DNA from: Eutreptiella sp. 'Long Island Sound 2002'
Taxonomy: Eukaryota; Protista; Euglenida
DNA length: 64,000 bases
Assembly (NCBI GenBank): GCA_964036045.1
Contig: OZ038378.1
Span: 2,108,001 to 2,172,000, forward strand
Direction of reading: 5' to 3'
How positions within the stretch are numbered: the stretch's first letter is position 1; each line of letters opens with the position of its first letter. Position numbers and translations under genes: made by a program. A model generated the notes under the pieces. It made no database searches. It was given only the letters and a program-made list of their open reading frames with translations, and had not been told where the DNA came from. Shown piece after piece: positions 13,233-26,085 of the stretch.

Positions 13233-13838
13233 CCTTGCCTAAGGCAATAGAATTTCCATGCTAGCAATGAGGGAAGGGAAGGACCAGCAAAGCAAGGGGA
13301 CAAGGTGGTGACAGGCCAATGTAACCCCCCCCCCCCCCGGCTCCCCAAAACGGGGCCCGATTTCCCCGACTCACCCCAATTTGTTAGCCCGATTCAGTGG
13401 GTTGCAGGATCGAACACGAGAAGTCGGCATTTTACCCGGGCGGGCGAGAGGCGCAGCATACACGCCGCGCCCCCAGCCATGCCAAGCAAGGCAAACACTG
13501 GTGCCAGAACATCCCGGCACATAAGGCTGGGCACCTTCCTCAGTCACCAGCAATGACACCCCTACCCGATTTCCGGAGGGCAAGGGGAACAAGAGCACAG
13601 ACAAGGCAGAACAATGTAAGGGCGGTCACGCTTTGCACTGAAGCGCGAAGCAAGTCGTGAGGCAGGTGTGGCTGGGGCCAAAGGTGGCGGTCCACATCCA
13701 ACAAATTGCAGCCCCGCTCTCGCCTTGCGATCCTCTGCTTTCCCCCCACGACATTCCGCATCCCACTGCAAACTGAAATGCCCTCCAAGGGTTGGGTTGG
13801 GATGGGGACGTGCCCCTGCACTGCCTTGTGCCCTCTAG

Positions 13839-13971
13839 ACCCTCCGGAGCCCGGTGCTGCTTGTGGAGGACAAGAGCATGGTGGCCATGGTGGATTTCAT
13901 TGCCCGCAGCAGTGAGCGTGCGGGGCTGCTCAACCCCTCGGACTGGCAGGCCCTGCGCCATGGCTTTGTAG
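13839..13971 (+). CDS. Gene A exon TLRSPVLLVEDKSMVAMVDFIARSSERAGLLNPSDWQALRHGFV(G)
   Basis: CTCTAG acceptor (phase 0) and G|GTGTGG donor (phase 1). Not in the ORF track; read manually. Phase matches the next exon. Confidence 0.88.
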
Positions 13972-14961
13972 GTGTGGAAGGCGCGCGGGCAGCCGGGCTC
14001 ACACTTGCATTGCCTCTTGTCCTTTGAATCCCCTGACCCCCTCATCCCCATGGCTGGGCACAAGCAGCCGGACGGTCAACAGGATGCCCCAATGTTCCTC
14101 CTTCAGCTTTGATTTCCTCAACACATTCTGAGCACTCTGAGGACATCAGTGGTGCAAAAAACGGGGGCGGGGATGAGGGGTCAGATCAGTAGCCCCCCCT
14201 CTCGTGGGTGTATCATGTACCTTTTTGCTTCATCTGAACCCCAATGAGGTGCAATGACCCCCTATGACCCCCCAATACCCCCCCCCCCCCCATGACTCCA
14301 CCATGACCCCCTAGTGACCCAGTGAGGGAAGGGGGTGAATGTCCGGGGGAAACTGCGATTTAGCAGCAGATACCCCTGCCTAATGTGTCCTAATCCTTAA
14401 AAACTAGGGTATTAATTATGTCCCAATTCAGAAACCTCCCTTTGTTTCATCCAAGGTTGCTTGCTTAAACAGAGTTTGAGAAACCCATTGCTGGATGTTT
14501 GCTGATGTGCACCCATTTTTTTGGCCACATTTTTGGGTTATTTTTTTTTCCAATGTAGACCCAATTGACAAGAAAATTTAGTTCAGGGTAAACAACATAC
14601 GTGGAGAAAGCAACGGTGGCTGACGGGCAAACACTCATGTCGGTGCAATCAAATATGTCCCAACCCTTAAAACTTGGCATTAAATTGCGTCCCAATCTTC
14701 AGACACAATGAATGTTTTTATAATTTCTAGGGTGGCTTTTTTTTTCACCCCCCTCCCAAGTAGGCGGACTGAGAAAGCAGCTGGCATTTTACCAGGCCTA
14801 GCGGGCAACAGGCTATCTAGTGAGTGTACCATGGGACCGAGGATAGACCGGGGTAGGACTAGCCAAAAGGGCAAGCACGGGCACAATGCTGCGGGTGCCG
14901 GATTCAAGGCGAGTCTTGTGTGGAAGCATCGCCACCGATGAGGTGTCCTAGAGCACCACAT

Positions 14962-15797
14962 GGGGGAGCGTTAATGCGCCGGGCACGCGCTAGGCATCTT
15001 TTTGGGCCATTTTTGATATAGGGTCCTAATCCACGCTTTTTGCAAGGCCCATTTCCGGTTTGGGATATGGACCGGCCCCTTTCCAGTTGGGGATATGGAG
15101 TGGCCCATTTCCGGTTGGAGATATGGACTGGCCCCTGCTTTTACTTTCATTGGAAGAAAGAATGGAATTTTTGGCCCTGCTTTTACTTTCATTAGAAGGA
15201 AGAATGGAATTTTGACGGCCTAGCAACAATCGTACAATGATGTGCATGGGTGGTATAGGGCATGCATTGAGCATTTGTTTGGACAGTTGTGGCACATCTA
15301 GTGTGGCGGGCTTGACAAGTTGCACCACTCCATGCGTGTTTTGTTGCATTTCATGCAATTTTGCATTCAGAGGCAGGTCCGTCACCCTCGTTATGGACCA
15401 TGGGACCATGTCCCGCCTCATGTGTGGACTGGTAAACGCAATACGGCCGCCATGCAAGATGATGGAGTGGATGAGGCAGATGTGTGTGCCTTGTGTTGTC
15501 GGAAGCGCTCCACCATCACTGCTTGTGGTGAGTGCAAGGAGCATTATTGTGATGAATGTATTGATGCCCACATTTGTGGGGAACAAATTGTTTATTAGCC
15601 AATACATGAGTAATACACATTGATGTTGAAATTCTCCGTTTCACTTTTCAGTTTCAGTTTTTTGTTTTGTAGGGAAGGTTTGCGGTCCACTTTGGTCGAC
15701 TTGGGGGGCTCCTCTAGGGGAGGGTAAATCCAGGGTGACAGGCAGGATCGTTAATACAAAAGTAGCGCGCCGGGCGTGCAGCGGGCAAACACCCCCC
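14962..15797 (+). mobile_element. Second PIF/Harbinger-like derivative retaining the transposase C-terminus and Zn-finger tail (stops, frameshift)
   Basis: Homologous to 27172..27852 (GGAAGAA..AATGG...ACAATGA.GTGCA.GGGTGGTAT; Cys-rich tail). Same end motifs. Internal 28-bp and 43-bp tandem duplications at 15046-15215. Confidence 0.75.
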
Positions 15798-17020
15798 CCC
15801 CCCCTTGGCCCTGTGCCACAAGGGTGTTCAGGTTCCTTCCTCGGGTCAAGCGGACTGCAGCTACATCCGGGGGCTGGGTGAGCAGGTCACGGGGTTGAGG
15901 CAGAGCGCGGCGGGGATGGGCCTGAGTGGTAGCATGCGGCTGGGAGCGCACCAGAAGCGGTACATGGGGCCTCCTTTGGTTGAGTCTGCCTGGGGAAGGG
16001 GGGGGGGGGCTCTGCTGGCAGAGAGGATGACTCAGCTCTGCGTGGCACATAATCCAATGGGCCAACACTGCCACACACTACTCAGCGTGGATCTTGGCAC
16101 TGTATATGCGGGTTGAGGGAGGAGCTAGGGTGGGAAGAGTACGTACGTGCCCCAAAACAGCGCCCAGGACACTGTGGAACAGTCCGGGTGCATTCAGCCC
16201 CCTCTCTGTGCGTTTGGCCTGTCACAGCACAGTCCAGGGGCATTCTGCACAGTCAGGGTGCATTGCGGTTAGAGGGTAACTGATGGCAGTTGCAGGGTAA
16301 TTCGGCCCGTCCCCGGGGGCGATCCTGAATGCAAAGCAAACCACTGCGAAAGTTCTCAACGACCACAGCCATTGCAGGTTTCTTTTGAATGGGTACTGCA
16401 CCCTCTCGTGGTGCCCTCCGCGAGCCACTAGCTCATGAGCCCTTCCCTGCAGGTCAGCTGCCGCGTGTGTGTGCCACGTGCCGTGCTCCAATATTTCTTG
16501 TGCCCAGGCGTTCTGTTCACACCCTACCTGGAGAGGCGCCGCCTGGTCCACTACAATACATGTGACGTCATGCCGACAACCCTTCTCAGCTTTGCATGCC
16601 CCGTGTTTTTCTTGCGACTGATGTGGGCTCATGTGAAGTCCCCCCCTTTAGTCTCTCTCTCTCTCATAGGAAGGCCTCACCCTGGTCCAACCGCCGTCAC
16701 AGTGGCCCTGCAAACCGACCGCCCCCTCCCTCCCCATGTGACTCAAGTTGTGAGATACTTCCCCTCCAGGGCGGACCTTAGGGGCGGCACCGTGACGTCG
16801 CGCACTCCTGATGACCAGCACTCTCGAATACGACAACCGCATGACCCCTGCACAGCACCCCTGTGCTCACTGTTTTCCTTCCTTTTTGCCGTGCGTGTGG
16901 TGACCCTGGTGCTCTCGGCTCTGAGTCGCCCTGAGTAGCCCCCGCCTACGGGGCGCACCTTTGCCCTCCGTGGGATCCCGGGTGCTGCACGCTGTGGTAC
17001 GGCGTCCTCATGCACCACAG

Positions 17021-17181
17021 GCATGTACTGGGACGGGGGTCACATTGCACTGGAGGAGATCCTCGCGATGCAGACCACGCTGCTGCTGCAGCACGTGGGG
17101 CTCAACCCACAGCTGTACGCGGACCCGGGGCGGAGAGTCGGCATGGCGCTGCCCGAGCCGCTGCGGAGTTTATGTGGATGA
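17021..17181 (+). CDS. Gene A terminal exon (G)MYWDGGHIALEEILAMQTTLLLQHVGLNPQLY...CG-stop
   Basis: CCACAG acceptor in phase 1 and TGA at 17179-17181. GC-rich codons. Not in the ORF track; read manually. Confidence 0.88.
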
Positions 17182-18591
17182 CTGCCGCTGGGTGGAGACG
17201 TAGAGGGGGTCCCCCCGAGCAGCCGGGAGGCAGCAGCGAACCGTTGTTGAATGCCGTCATGGCAGGCCTGTCCGGCGTGTGGACGGACGATGCGCTGTGA
17301 GAAGGCTCAAGGGGTGCGCCACGTTTAGGTTGGTGTGTTTGGTGCCGAGTGGGCGGCAACCGAGATGACCCCCCACCCATATTCGCGTCTTTGTCCCCGT
17401 TTCTGGTCAAGATGCAGACAATTTTGGTGAGCACCCTGCGGCGTGCGGGGTCAACGAGGATACCCCAGCGCCCGGCGCGACTTATGAAGGGCGCGGGGTG
17501 TGGATATGAAGGGGGGCTACCCATTGCAGCCCAAGTCATCCCTTGGCTTTGTGCTCCTGCACCATCGACCGGATCACTGCTCTTGAAGACCGTCCGCCCA
17601 CTGAGCTACGGGAGTGCCCCCGGGAGACATGCGGTGGGTTGGGAGCAGTCGGCCCGGAGCTGTGGTGACAGAGGTTTGTGGAAAGGCGTGATTTCCCGTT
17701 TTTTTCAGGGAACATTTCGGGATCCGTTGACGGCCGGGTGCCGGCGGTTGGCGGTTTCCTACGGTGCTCCTGAAAGGCATTTGGTGGTTATTCGGTGGTG
17801 ACATGACCGCGGTGGCGCCCTGCCGCGGTGCCCGACCGTTGTGCCGAACGTAGTTGCACGTCAGGTGTAGCGGGCCGCATGCTGCAAAGGAGGGATGGCA
17901 GGGGTCCCTTCGCTTGGCAACAATCGTAGGCCAATGAGGGCCGTTTTCGGGCCACCCGACGGTGGTTGGACTCGACGTTTTCCGACGAAAGAAGAATCCC
18001 GTTCACTGCAGACCCCGTTCATTTGTCTCGCATCAAGCCGGAGACATGACCAGACATCCAAGTAGACAATCCATCAGTGCCAACCATGCAAAGTCGACCA
18101 TTTCATACTATGACCAATTTCTGGGAACCATACATAATTTGTTCGCTCATTTTTAAGAAATTGTACAGAATTTCTTGCCGCGGAATTTGTAGATTTACAA
18201 TTTGTTAGACATGGATTAACCCCATCTTCGGTAGGCTGCTTCATAACATTGCTTCTCAACCTCAAGTGCAATGGATTGAGAATATGGTCCAGCTTACCCC
18301 ATCCACTGAGATCTGCCCTGGAAGCACCGCTCAGGCATACTGCACATGATGCCCTTGGTATTGGAATCCGCACGGGTGCGCCTCCCTGACACAGGCCGTG
18401 ATCCTCGGAGGTTCGCCCTCGGATGCTGCCTGCAGAGGCGCCGTGCCTGCTGCTGTTTGCACGAGCACGGCCCAACCGCGACTTTGGTGGTCGACCGTGT
18501 AGGGCGACATGCGTGCGACCATGTAGCGGGAAAGGGGGGCTGGGTCATGCATGTGAGGGTTGCCCTACCAAGCCCTCAGCCTCCACCACAC

Positions 18592-18662
18592 CCCTACCAC
18601 ACCCCTACCACAGCCCCTACCACAGCCCCTACCACAGCCACTACCACAGCCCCTACCACAGC
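18592..18662. repeat. 12-bp tandem repeat CTACCACAGCCC, about 6 copies
   Basis: Direct periodicity. Confidence 0.9.
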
Positions 18663-20345
18663 CTCTCCCAAGCTTTGTGCTGATAAACTTGTGCTTGAGA
18701 CTGCAACCCACTTCTACTTTTTCATTTTTGATCCACTCCACCGTTGCTATACCCTGCGAGGCTATCATGTTCATCCGGTTCACTGGTGAGCCTGTGCCTG
18801 CCGCCATCGCTGTTTCCTGGGTTTTGTTCAAACCCAACAAACCGCGTTATTCCATTCTTTCACCCACCAACAATGTATATATGTTTCTGGCCTCCCGTAT
18901 CATATCCCCCCCCTCTCCTGGTCTAAGCATCGCGGTGCCTTGACTGCTGTGCTGTGCCGTTGCTTCCACAACCACCACCAGATGCCTTGGAGATTCCACT
19001 TGTTCCGGTTTCCCATGTCAGGGGCAGGCCAAGGAGGCCACTGCCGGGAAGGTATTGCAAAGCAATGCCAGGGCGAACCCGAGACCAAGTCACGCAGGAT
19101 CCCTGTCCTCTCCACTGTGCCATGGAGTGTGGCATGCGGCTGCCAGTGAGTGGCGCAGCGAGAGTGCACAGCCCTGGCCGGGCATTTTGGGAGCAAACCT
19201 GAGCGCCAAGCGATGTCACCTCCGGCTCGGTCGGCGCCCAGGGTAGGTCTTCCACATGCCGTCCAGTGGGAACACTCTTAGCCCCGTCGGCTATGCTTCT
19301 TAATGTGCATTCATTCCCTGTGTTGATGCCTGTTCGTTCGTTGACCCCCTACTAATGTCTATCTGGCCTTCTTTGTCATAGCTCTGCCCCCCCCCCCCCC
19401 ATCTGGTCTAAAGACCGCGTTGTCGAAGCCCTCCCGTTGAGGCGGTAATTTTCGGGACCCCAATGCGGTCCCAGCCGTAGCCGTGTGGGGCAGAGTTTGT
19501 CTGGGATTCTCTCACGTGGCAGGCGGTTGACAATTGGTTTCTGCATCTATGAGCTCTTCAACATGGATCCCTTCCCCCGTGCGTTTTATCACCCCTTTCC
19601 TGCTCGAGGCTGGGAAGCATGCCTTGTTCACTACCTTGTCGAAGCGCGACCCCTTGGAAGGACCGTGATGGCCTCCAGTGAAATTGTGACAACTCAAGCG
19701 TGACCCCCATAGCTTTCTGTACCCCCACTGCATTTGCAGTTTCACTTTGAGTACAGACCAAATGTCTGGTAGCTTGACCTTCTGCAGCTGGCCCGCTTCA
19801 CCTTCGATGCCGCACTAAGGCTGCGCGTATCAATGACGAGTAGTGAATCAGCTTTTCTGCAGCCTGCTTGGGATTAGGGCTTGGGAGCTGAAGCGCTTTC
19901 GGTTTGTCATTTCGTCATCATCTCCGCCACCAAGGCCTCGCCGTTTGCTCCGTTGATTTTGGTGATTTCGGCCATGCCAGTGGAAGGAGTGGGAGGCGGG
20001 GGGGGGGGGGGGTTGCACCTGCTTTGGGTCGAAGTGCGAGGTCCCTGCCTGATCATCGTTTGCCTGATTGCCTGACTGCCGTGCTTGCGCAAGGCTCTAG
20101 GCGCCTGGATGGGGGAGGGGGTTCTGAGCATGATCTGTGTGGCAGGAGATGTCCTCCTCCGCCCTGTCTCGATGCCTAGCGCCTGAAAGGGCAGGCACGG
20201 GACCATTCGACGAAGCGCAGTGGCAACGCCTGCGGCATTCAACGTCCTGCAGCGCAATGGGTGTTCATCAGGAATAGGGTGGCACCAGTTGTGCACATGC
20301 GTGCAGTCGGTTCCCACCATAGAGGCCCGCAGCAAAGGTCCCATA

Positions 20346-21074
20346 GGGGGCGCCCTTAGCGCAGTGCAACTATTTGGGCGTCTAGCCGTACTGGGGACCC
20401 ATACTTTGTGACACTAGGGGCATCATTGTTGCCCCTAGCATAGGTTTTGATGCTTCTTCCACATGGGGCATACGGCATTTTTGGATTTTCACCCATTTTC
20501 ACCCATTTCCACCCCTTTTACACAATTTTTTTTGCTCATCTTCACCATGGACCCCCACACTTTGGTGTGGGCCCGTGAGTTGGGGTGATGGACTCTCACG
20601 CTTTGGCGTGGCCCCTCGAGTTGACGTGACGGACTGCTTGGTTTTTGCCTGGCCACACTTGAATGCCCTATGCGAGGCCGCATTCCTGCTGATGAGGAAG
20701 CGTGGTTGGACCACAAGTTGAAAACAGAGGTTGACATGGATTCCCTCCTGCAAGAGACTTTGCCCCCCGGTCCAGTTGAGGATGAGGTGGACACATACGC
20801 GGCTTTGGGACTAGCTGGTAGAGTGAGTGAGCTTTCAATTGACAAAGAAGAGGATATGTGCGTGGTTTTCCATTTTGCATGATGTCTTATATAAGGGAAG
20901 GTAGCTTGCATTTGTCTTGAGCTGGGGTAGTTTGAGTGACTTAAATTTAGGGGCATTTGGGTAGCTAGGGTGGCCTAATTTTGAGGGTGTTTGAATTTTG
21001 GGGGTTCTTCATAGGGGAATCTAGTCTAAAAGTAGCACACAGTGCGCGCGACATGTGCGCGCAAGGGCTCGCCC
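20346..21074 (+). mobile_element. Harbinger-like non-autonomous element
   Basis: 12-bp TIR GGGGGCGCCCTT/AAGGGCTCGCCC (10/12 match) with ATA on both flanks. Family subterminal motifs GCGCAGTGC and AAAAGTAGC. Small acidic ORF 20670..20882. Confidence 0.7.
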
Positions 21075-23032
21075 ATAGGCTCGGTTTCTTGCTTCAATGT
21101 GTGGGGTATTCGGTTACCCCCCCCCCCCCTACCGCATCGGGGGTGTGCAGTTTGCAACACTGAATTTTCCCCAATCAGCATGCCCTCCCCTCAGAGGACG
21201 GGCTAGGGTGCAAAATTACTAATGAAGTTGTCCCGTAACGCCCCGGCAGCCCAGGTACCTGCCTCGAGGCCCCTCTTTCTTTCCACCCAACCCTAGCCTC
21301 CCCCGAGGTCCTCATCCAGATCTCCTGCCTGGCCACGCCCCCCAGCTGGGCCCTCAGCCCCCACCATGTTCCTGTGACTGCCATGGTGCCCAGTTCCGAA
21401 GTACGATCCGTGTGCGTGGCTCCCTTGCTCTGCTGAATGACTGGAACTGACTGTACAACATCTGGGGATGTATTCATGGCTTGATATCCACGTTTGTCCC
21501 TCTGTTGGTGTCCCCTCAAATGTCGGGCCGTGCGGCCGTCCAACAAAAAAAAAAGGGGGGGGGGCACTCTGACCCGTTCTGCGCCCCCCGTTCTGCCTCC
21601 CCTCCTCCCTCCTCTGGAGGGCGGGTCGACCAGTGGAGGCAGAACCATCCTTGTTGCAGCCTTTCCGGCCTTTCCAATGTACACCATTTTCAAAGCCTCA
21701 CCGCCTGAAACACTGTGTTCCATGGCATCGACACAGTACCCCAAACAGCACATCTGCCAAGAAACAGTGTATCTCGCCACGATTATTCCTAAGCCCTCGG
21801 GGTGGTCTGCATTTGGCTTTGTTCATGCATGCAGTAGAGTCATGACTTTGTGCTCTCAGACAGTATGTTGTCACTCAGGGCGCTGAGCCCTCGCTTCTCA
21901 TGCGCGACCCCTGTTCAACAGAACGTCTCTGCATCTACTCCTTCGCGTGCGGACTGCTGCACCTGTTTTAAATCCCATCATTTGTGTCCCCATTCCATCC
22001 ATGAAATCTCCTTCACAGAGGCCCCGTGAAGAATCGTGGTGAAGGAGCCCTAAAAAAGAACCCCCACGAAAGACCCCCGGAAGGAGTCTCTCAAATACCC
22101 CACCCCCTCATGCTTCCACCGCATCCTGTAGCAGCTAGAAGATTTTGACACTTTTGCGAGCAAGTATGGTTCCAGGATAGCTGTTAATAGCACAACAACT
22201 TGCGTTAGCATTCCAAACAATCCAGTATTTTCCCCCGAAAAATCCGTTTTTTTTAACCCCTATTTGACCTTTTTCTCGTCCCAAAATGGCCCTTTTCTTT
22301 GGCGGCTAGTTTCATGGGGGTTAGAAGACACCATTAGGTCCTTACACAAACAGAGGAATTCAGGGGTACAACAGTCACAACAAAACATTGCCAAATTTAG
22401 TCACAGTTGTGCCTCCTTTTTCATAAATTGGTTGTATTTTGATCTGTTTGGCCGTCAATTTAACACATACAAATCACCTCGACGCAGGCGCGAGCGTCAT
22501 ATACCCCCCCTTTTTTGGGGTCGTTCGCCTAGCATACCCCAATGTGAGGTTTCTAACGTCTAACCCCTTGTAAAATCATTATTTTAGGACCAAAAAACAT
22601 CCTCCAATGATTTTTTTTGAATTTTGACCCCGTACCCCCCCCCCCACACCTGGGTACCCCCTTTTTTGGGGGGGGTCAAAACTTCTTTGCGTATTGTGGC
22701 CGCTGTGTGTGGATTTGGACCTGGGGCCTACAGAACCTTTTTCTTGTGTATGGACCCCCTAACCCATGGCGGGGGTCCCGGGTCCCAATTCCAAGCACCC
22801 CTAGTCGCCCCCCCCCCCCCCCCCATATGGCCCCTTGGCAGTGAGGACTTTGCCGTTTTCACATTGGATAGGCTGTTTAGTGGCACGTGAGAGTTTTTTG
22901 AAATTCGATTTTTCATGAAACCCTTCCGTTGCCCCTAGCCCCTAGGATGGGTTTGGGTGATCATTTGGTGACAATACGGGTACTTGAGCACCCATGGGGA
23001 CCCACGTAGTGGCCGCTGGGCCAATGTAGCCC

Positions 23033-26000
23033 GTGCCATGGGAAACACAGGGGTTGGCGCCGCAAACAGGCTCCCTAGCACTCTGTCGGGTGCGCCCGGG
23101 GCTGGTTGTGGTGGTGATTGCGGCGGTCTCAGCAACAGTGGGCTTCTCCCTAGGATGGGCCCGGGAACTGGTCCCTCTATGCGGCAGGAGGGTGTCTATA
23201 CGCCCACAGCCCACAAAGGCGCCCCGCGGCGAGGTGACGGCCCTGAGTCCCTCTCGGGGGGGGGGGGGGGATCACCCCCGAGCGGTGACAGGGGGCCCCA
23301 ATCCGGGGTGGGGTGGTGGCGGGATGGCATGGAACCCAGCCGCCGCGGCGCTGCGGCTGTCCCTCGCGCTGCGCGTGGCCAGGGGTGTGTCAAGGAGCCC
23401 CCCCCCTCCCCCCCCCGAGGGAGAGACGGCCGCCGGCAGGCCCCACGCCGTGCCGGTGGACTGGTGGGGCCGGGTGTGGGAAAATGACCCCGCCCGCCCG
23501 CCCCCCCCCCCCCCCGACCCCGACCCCTCGGCAACTTGGCGGGAGGTGGCCGTCGAGGTACACGCCCTCCTCCCCCGGCTCACCGACGTCTGGTGGGCCG
23601 CCCTGCCGGAGCCGGGGCAGGTCGGGGCCACCGCTCGGTGGCCAGACATCCTCCGCCGCGTTCCCCCTGCCTTCCGGCGCCCAGCTTGGGCCGGTGACCT
23701 CCGCCGACCACCTGGCCTCGGTGCAGCGTGCCCGTGTGGCCCAGGAGCGACGGTTGACCTGCAGCCATGCGATGCTGCCCCTCCTCTGACCCCTCCCCTT
23801 GCGCCCTCTGACCGCCTGCAGTTGAGTTCGTGGGTGGGCCGGGCACTCCTCCCCATTCCACCCCCCCCCCCCCCCCCCGCTGGGGCGGCCGTGGCTCAGC
23901 CCCTTCCCCCCCGCTTGATGGGATGGCGATGGGACCTCCCTCTCCTCCCGCTGCTGCGCTGCGGGGACGTGCACCCCCACCCGGGGCCATTGCGCGTGGC
24001 GCAGGCCAACCTCACGTCCCTCCGCATGCACTGGCACACGGTCGCCGAGTGGCTGGTGGACGTGGTGCTGCTCTCTGAGACCCGCCTCATGGCGGTCGCG
24101 CAGCGGGTGATGCGCGCCCAAGCCGGGGCCTCGGGGTGGCAAGCATTCCTGGGCGCCCCCCGGGAATCCTTGGGGGGGGGGGGCATCTGGGATGCAACGG
24201 CTGGGGGGAGGGGATCAGGGTGCCCCAGGGCATTACCGCGAGACACCTCCTCCCCCGCAAAGGGGCGCCCCGGAACGAGGTAGACTCCCTCACCCGGGCC
24301 CTGTGGCACTCCATCAGATGGTGCCATGTCCTGGTGGGTCTGGGGCGGGGATCGGAATCCCTGCATGTCCACGCGGCCTACGGCGTCTCGTCTCAACCGG
24401 CCCTCAACCGGGCCTTCTGGAACCAGGCCACACAGTACGTGGCGCGCCACGGGCAGCCCCCTAGCTGGCGGGGGGGGCGCCTAAACTTCAACCTCGTCCA
24501 CCTGCTAGGGCCCCCCCCATCCGTCCTGGCTCCCACCTGGTGCGCCGGCTGGTGGACGCGGACCTTGAACTGGCATCCGCCTTCGGGCGGGACCCCCTCT
24601 GCTCGTACCAGGGCCCGGGGGGTATGCGCCCCTCGCGCATCGATGGGTTGCTGGTTGACACGCGGCCGGCGGCGCTGCTCCACGCAGCGGAACTGCTCCC
24701 GCGCGGGGCCATCCCTGGCCACATCTTGGTGCGATACGACTTGCACCTGAAGGGTGCGTCTCAGCGGGTGTTGAAGTTCATCCGCCCCAAGCCCGTTGAG
24801 CTGGCGCCGCGGGAGGAACATGAGAGCCAGAGCGCTGCCCACGCCCGCTGCACCCCGCTCGGCGTGGCGCCCATGTCGTGCGCCATCAGCTCCAATCAGT
24901 GGAGGACCTCCCGGAGGGGGCCCTGGGCCGCCTGGATGTGCGCCAAGGGGCAGGTGAGCAGCCCTCCGGTGTCCCTGCACTGCTTTGGGCAGAGGCGCAC
25001 CTCAGGTAGCAGCTGGTCGGTCTCCCTGCCCCGGGGTAGGTGCGGAGGGGCCAGCGGCAAGGCGGCCCCCGCCGGGAGGGAGTCTGGGGCAACGTCCGGG
25101 CAGGCCAGGGCGAGGAGGGTTTCCTCTGCCGCCGTGGTCCAAAACGCCCAAGCGTGGTCCACGTCACCCGTGGATAGGGCTGCTCACCAGCCGGCCTCCA
25201 GGGGGTCAAGGAGGCGATGCACGAGGAGGAGCCCGCCACCTTGACAAATTCCACGCTCTGGGCCCAGAGTATGCCGGCCTGGAACCAGGCGGCACGCACG
25301 ACCGATTGGTGCCGCCGGAGTCGCTGCGCCGCCTCCGCACGACGCTGGTGGGTAAGGCTTGGGCTACGTTGCGGGCGGAGGACCAAGGCCGCCTGCGCGC
25401 CTGGGGCGCCTGGTTGGAGGAGGCCCGGATCTCCGACCGGGGGGCGGTGTACCAGTGGCTCAAGGATGAGTACTACGCCCCGCCGGTCACCTTCCTCTCC
25501 AGGCCGGATGGCATGGGCACGGCCGACCTGGCGGAGATGGCTGGCCTCTCGCAGGACACCTGGCGCCCGGTAAACCGCAAGTATGCGGCGGACGCCAAGC
25601 CGGATCCCACGTCCTTCCTCCGCCGGTATGGGCACCATGTCCGGCGAGTCCCCATGATTCCCTCGCGGCTAGAATGCCCCCGCCTACGCAAGGGGCTCTC
25701 CCGCATGAAGCCCTCGGCCCTGGGGCTGGACGGGTGGAGCCTGGCCGACCTCCGCTCCCTCCCAGACAAGCTGCTGCGCTGGCTGGCAGACCTCTTGCGG
25801 GAGGTAGAGTGTCTGCGCAGGTGGCCGACCCGCCTGGCCGAGGGCTACACTGCCCTCATCCCCAAGGAAGGCCCGCCGGGACCCCTGAACACCCGCCCGC
25901 TCAGGGTCCTGTCCATGGTCTACAGGCTGTGGGCGGGCGTGCGCTTGGCGGATGCCATTGCGTGGCAGCAGTCCTGGGCCCACGCGGCGGCCTTTGGCTT

Positions 26001-26085
26001 CCGCCCAGCCAGGAGCGCCCTAGACGGGGCGGCGGTAACACAGGTCCTTTTAGAGATGTGTCGCCTCCGGGGGTGGGCTGTATGA
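23033..26085 (+). mobile_element. Inactive APE-type non-LTR retrotransposon (upstream ORF, 2A-like motif, endonuclease, 5' part of RT)
   Basis: APE motifs QANLTSL, LLSETRL, SRIDGLLV and GH. RT motifs GLDGW, WP...ALIPK...RPLRVLSMVYRLWA and FGFRPARSALD. Frameshifts near 24205 and 24535, an internal inversion, and the RT stops at GWAV. Confidence 0.92.

Noticed and set aside
16449-16561. Candidate extra gene A exon (CAG|GTCAGC...ACAT|GTGACG)
   Set aside because: It would interrupt the continuous GFVG-MYWDGG motif, and its phase-0 start does not fit the phase-1 junction.
17550-17615. Minus-strand TAGCTCAGTGG A-box with TTCAA, as a possible tRNA-Sec
   Set aside because: No B-box and no pairing acceptor or T stems.
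20149-20260. Candidate first exon of gene B (MSSSALSRC...)
   Set aside because: Its phase-1 donor is incompatible with the downstream acceptors. The exon at 28073 fits better.
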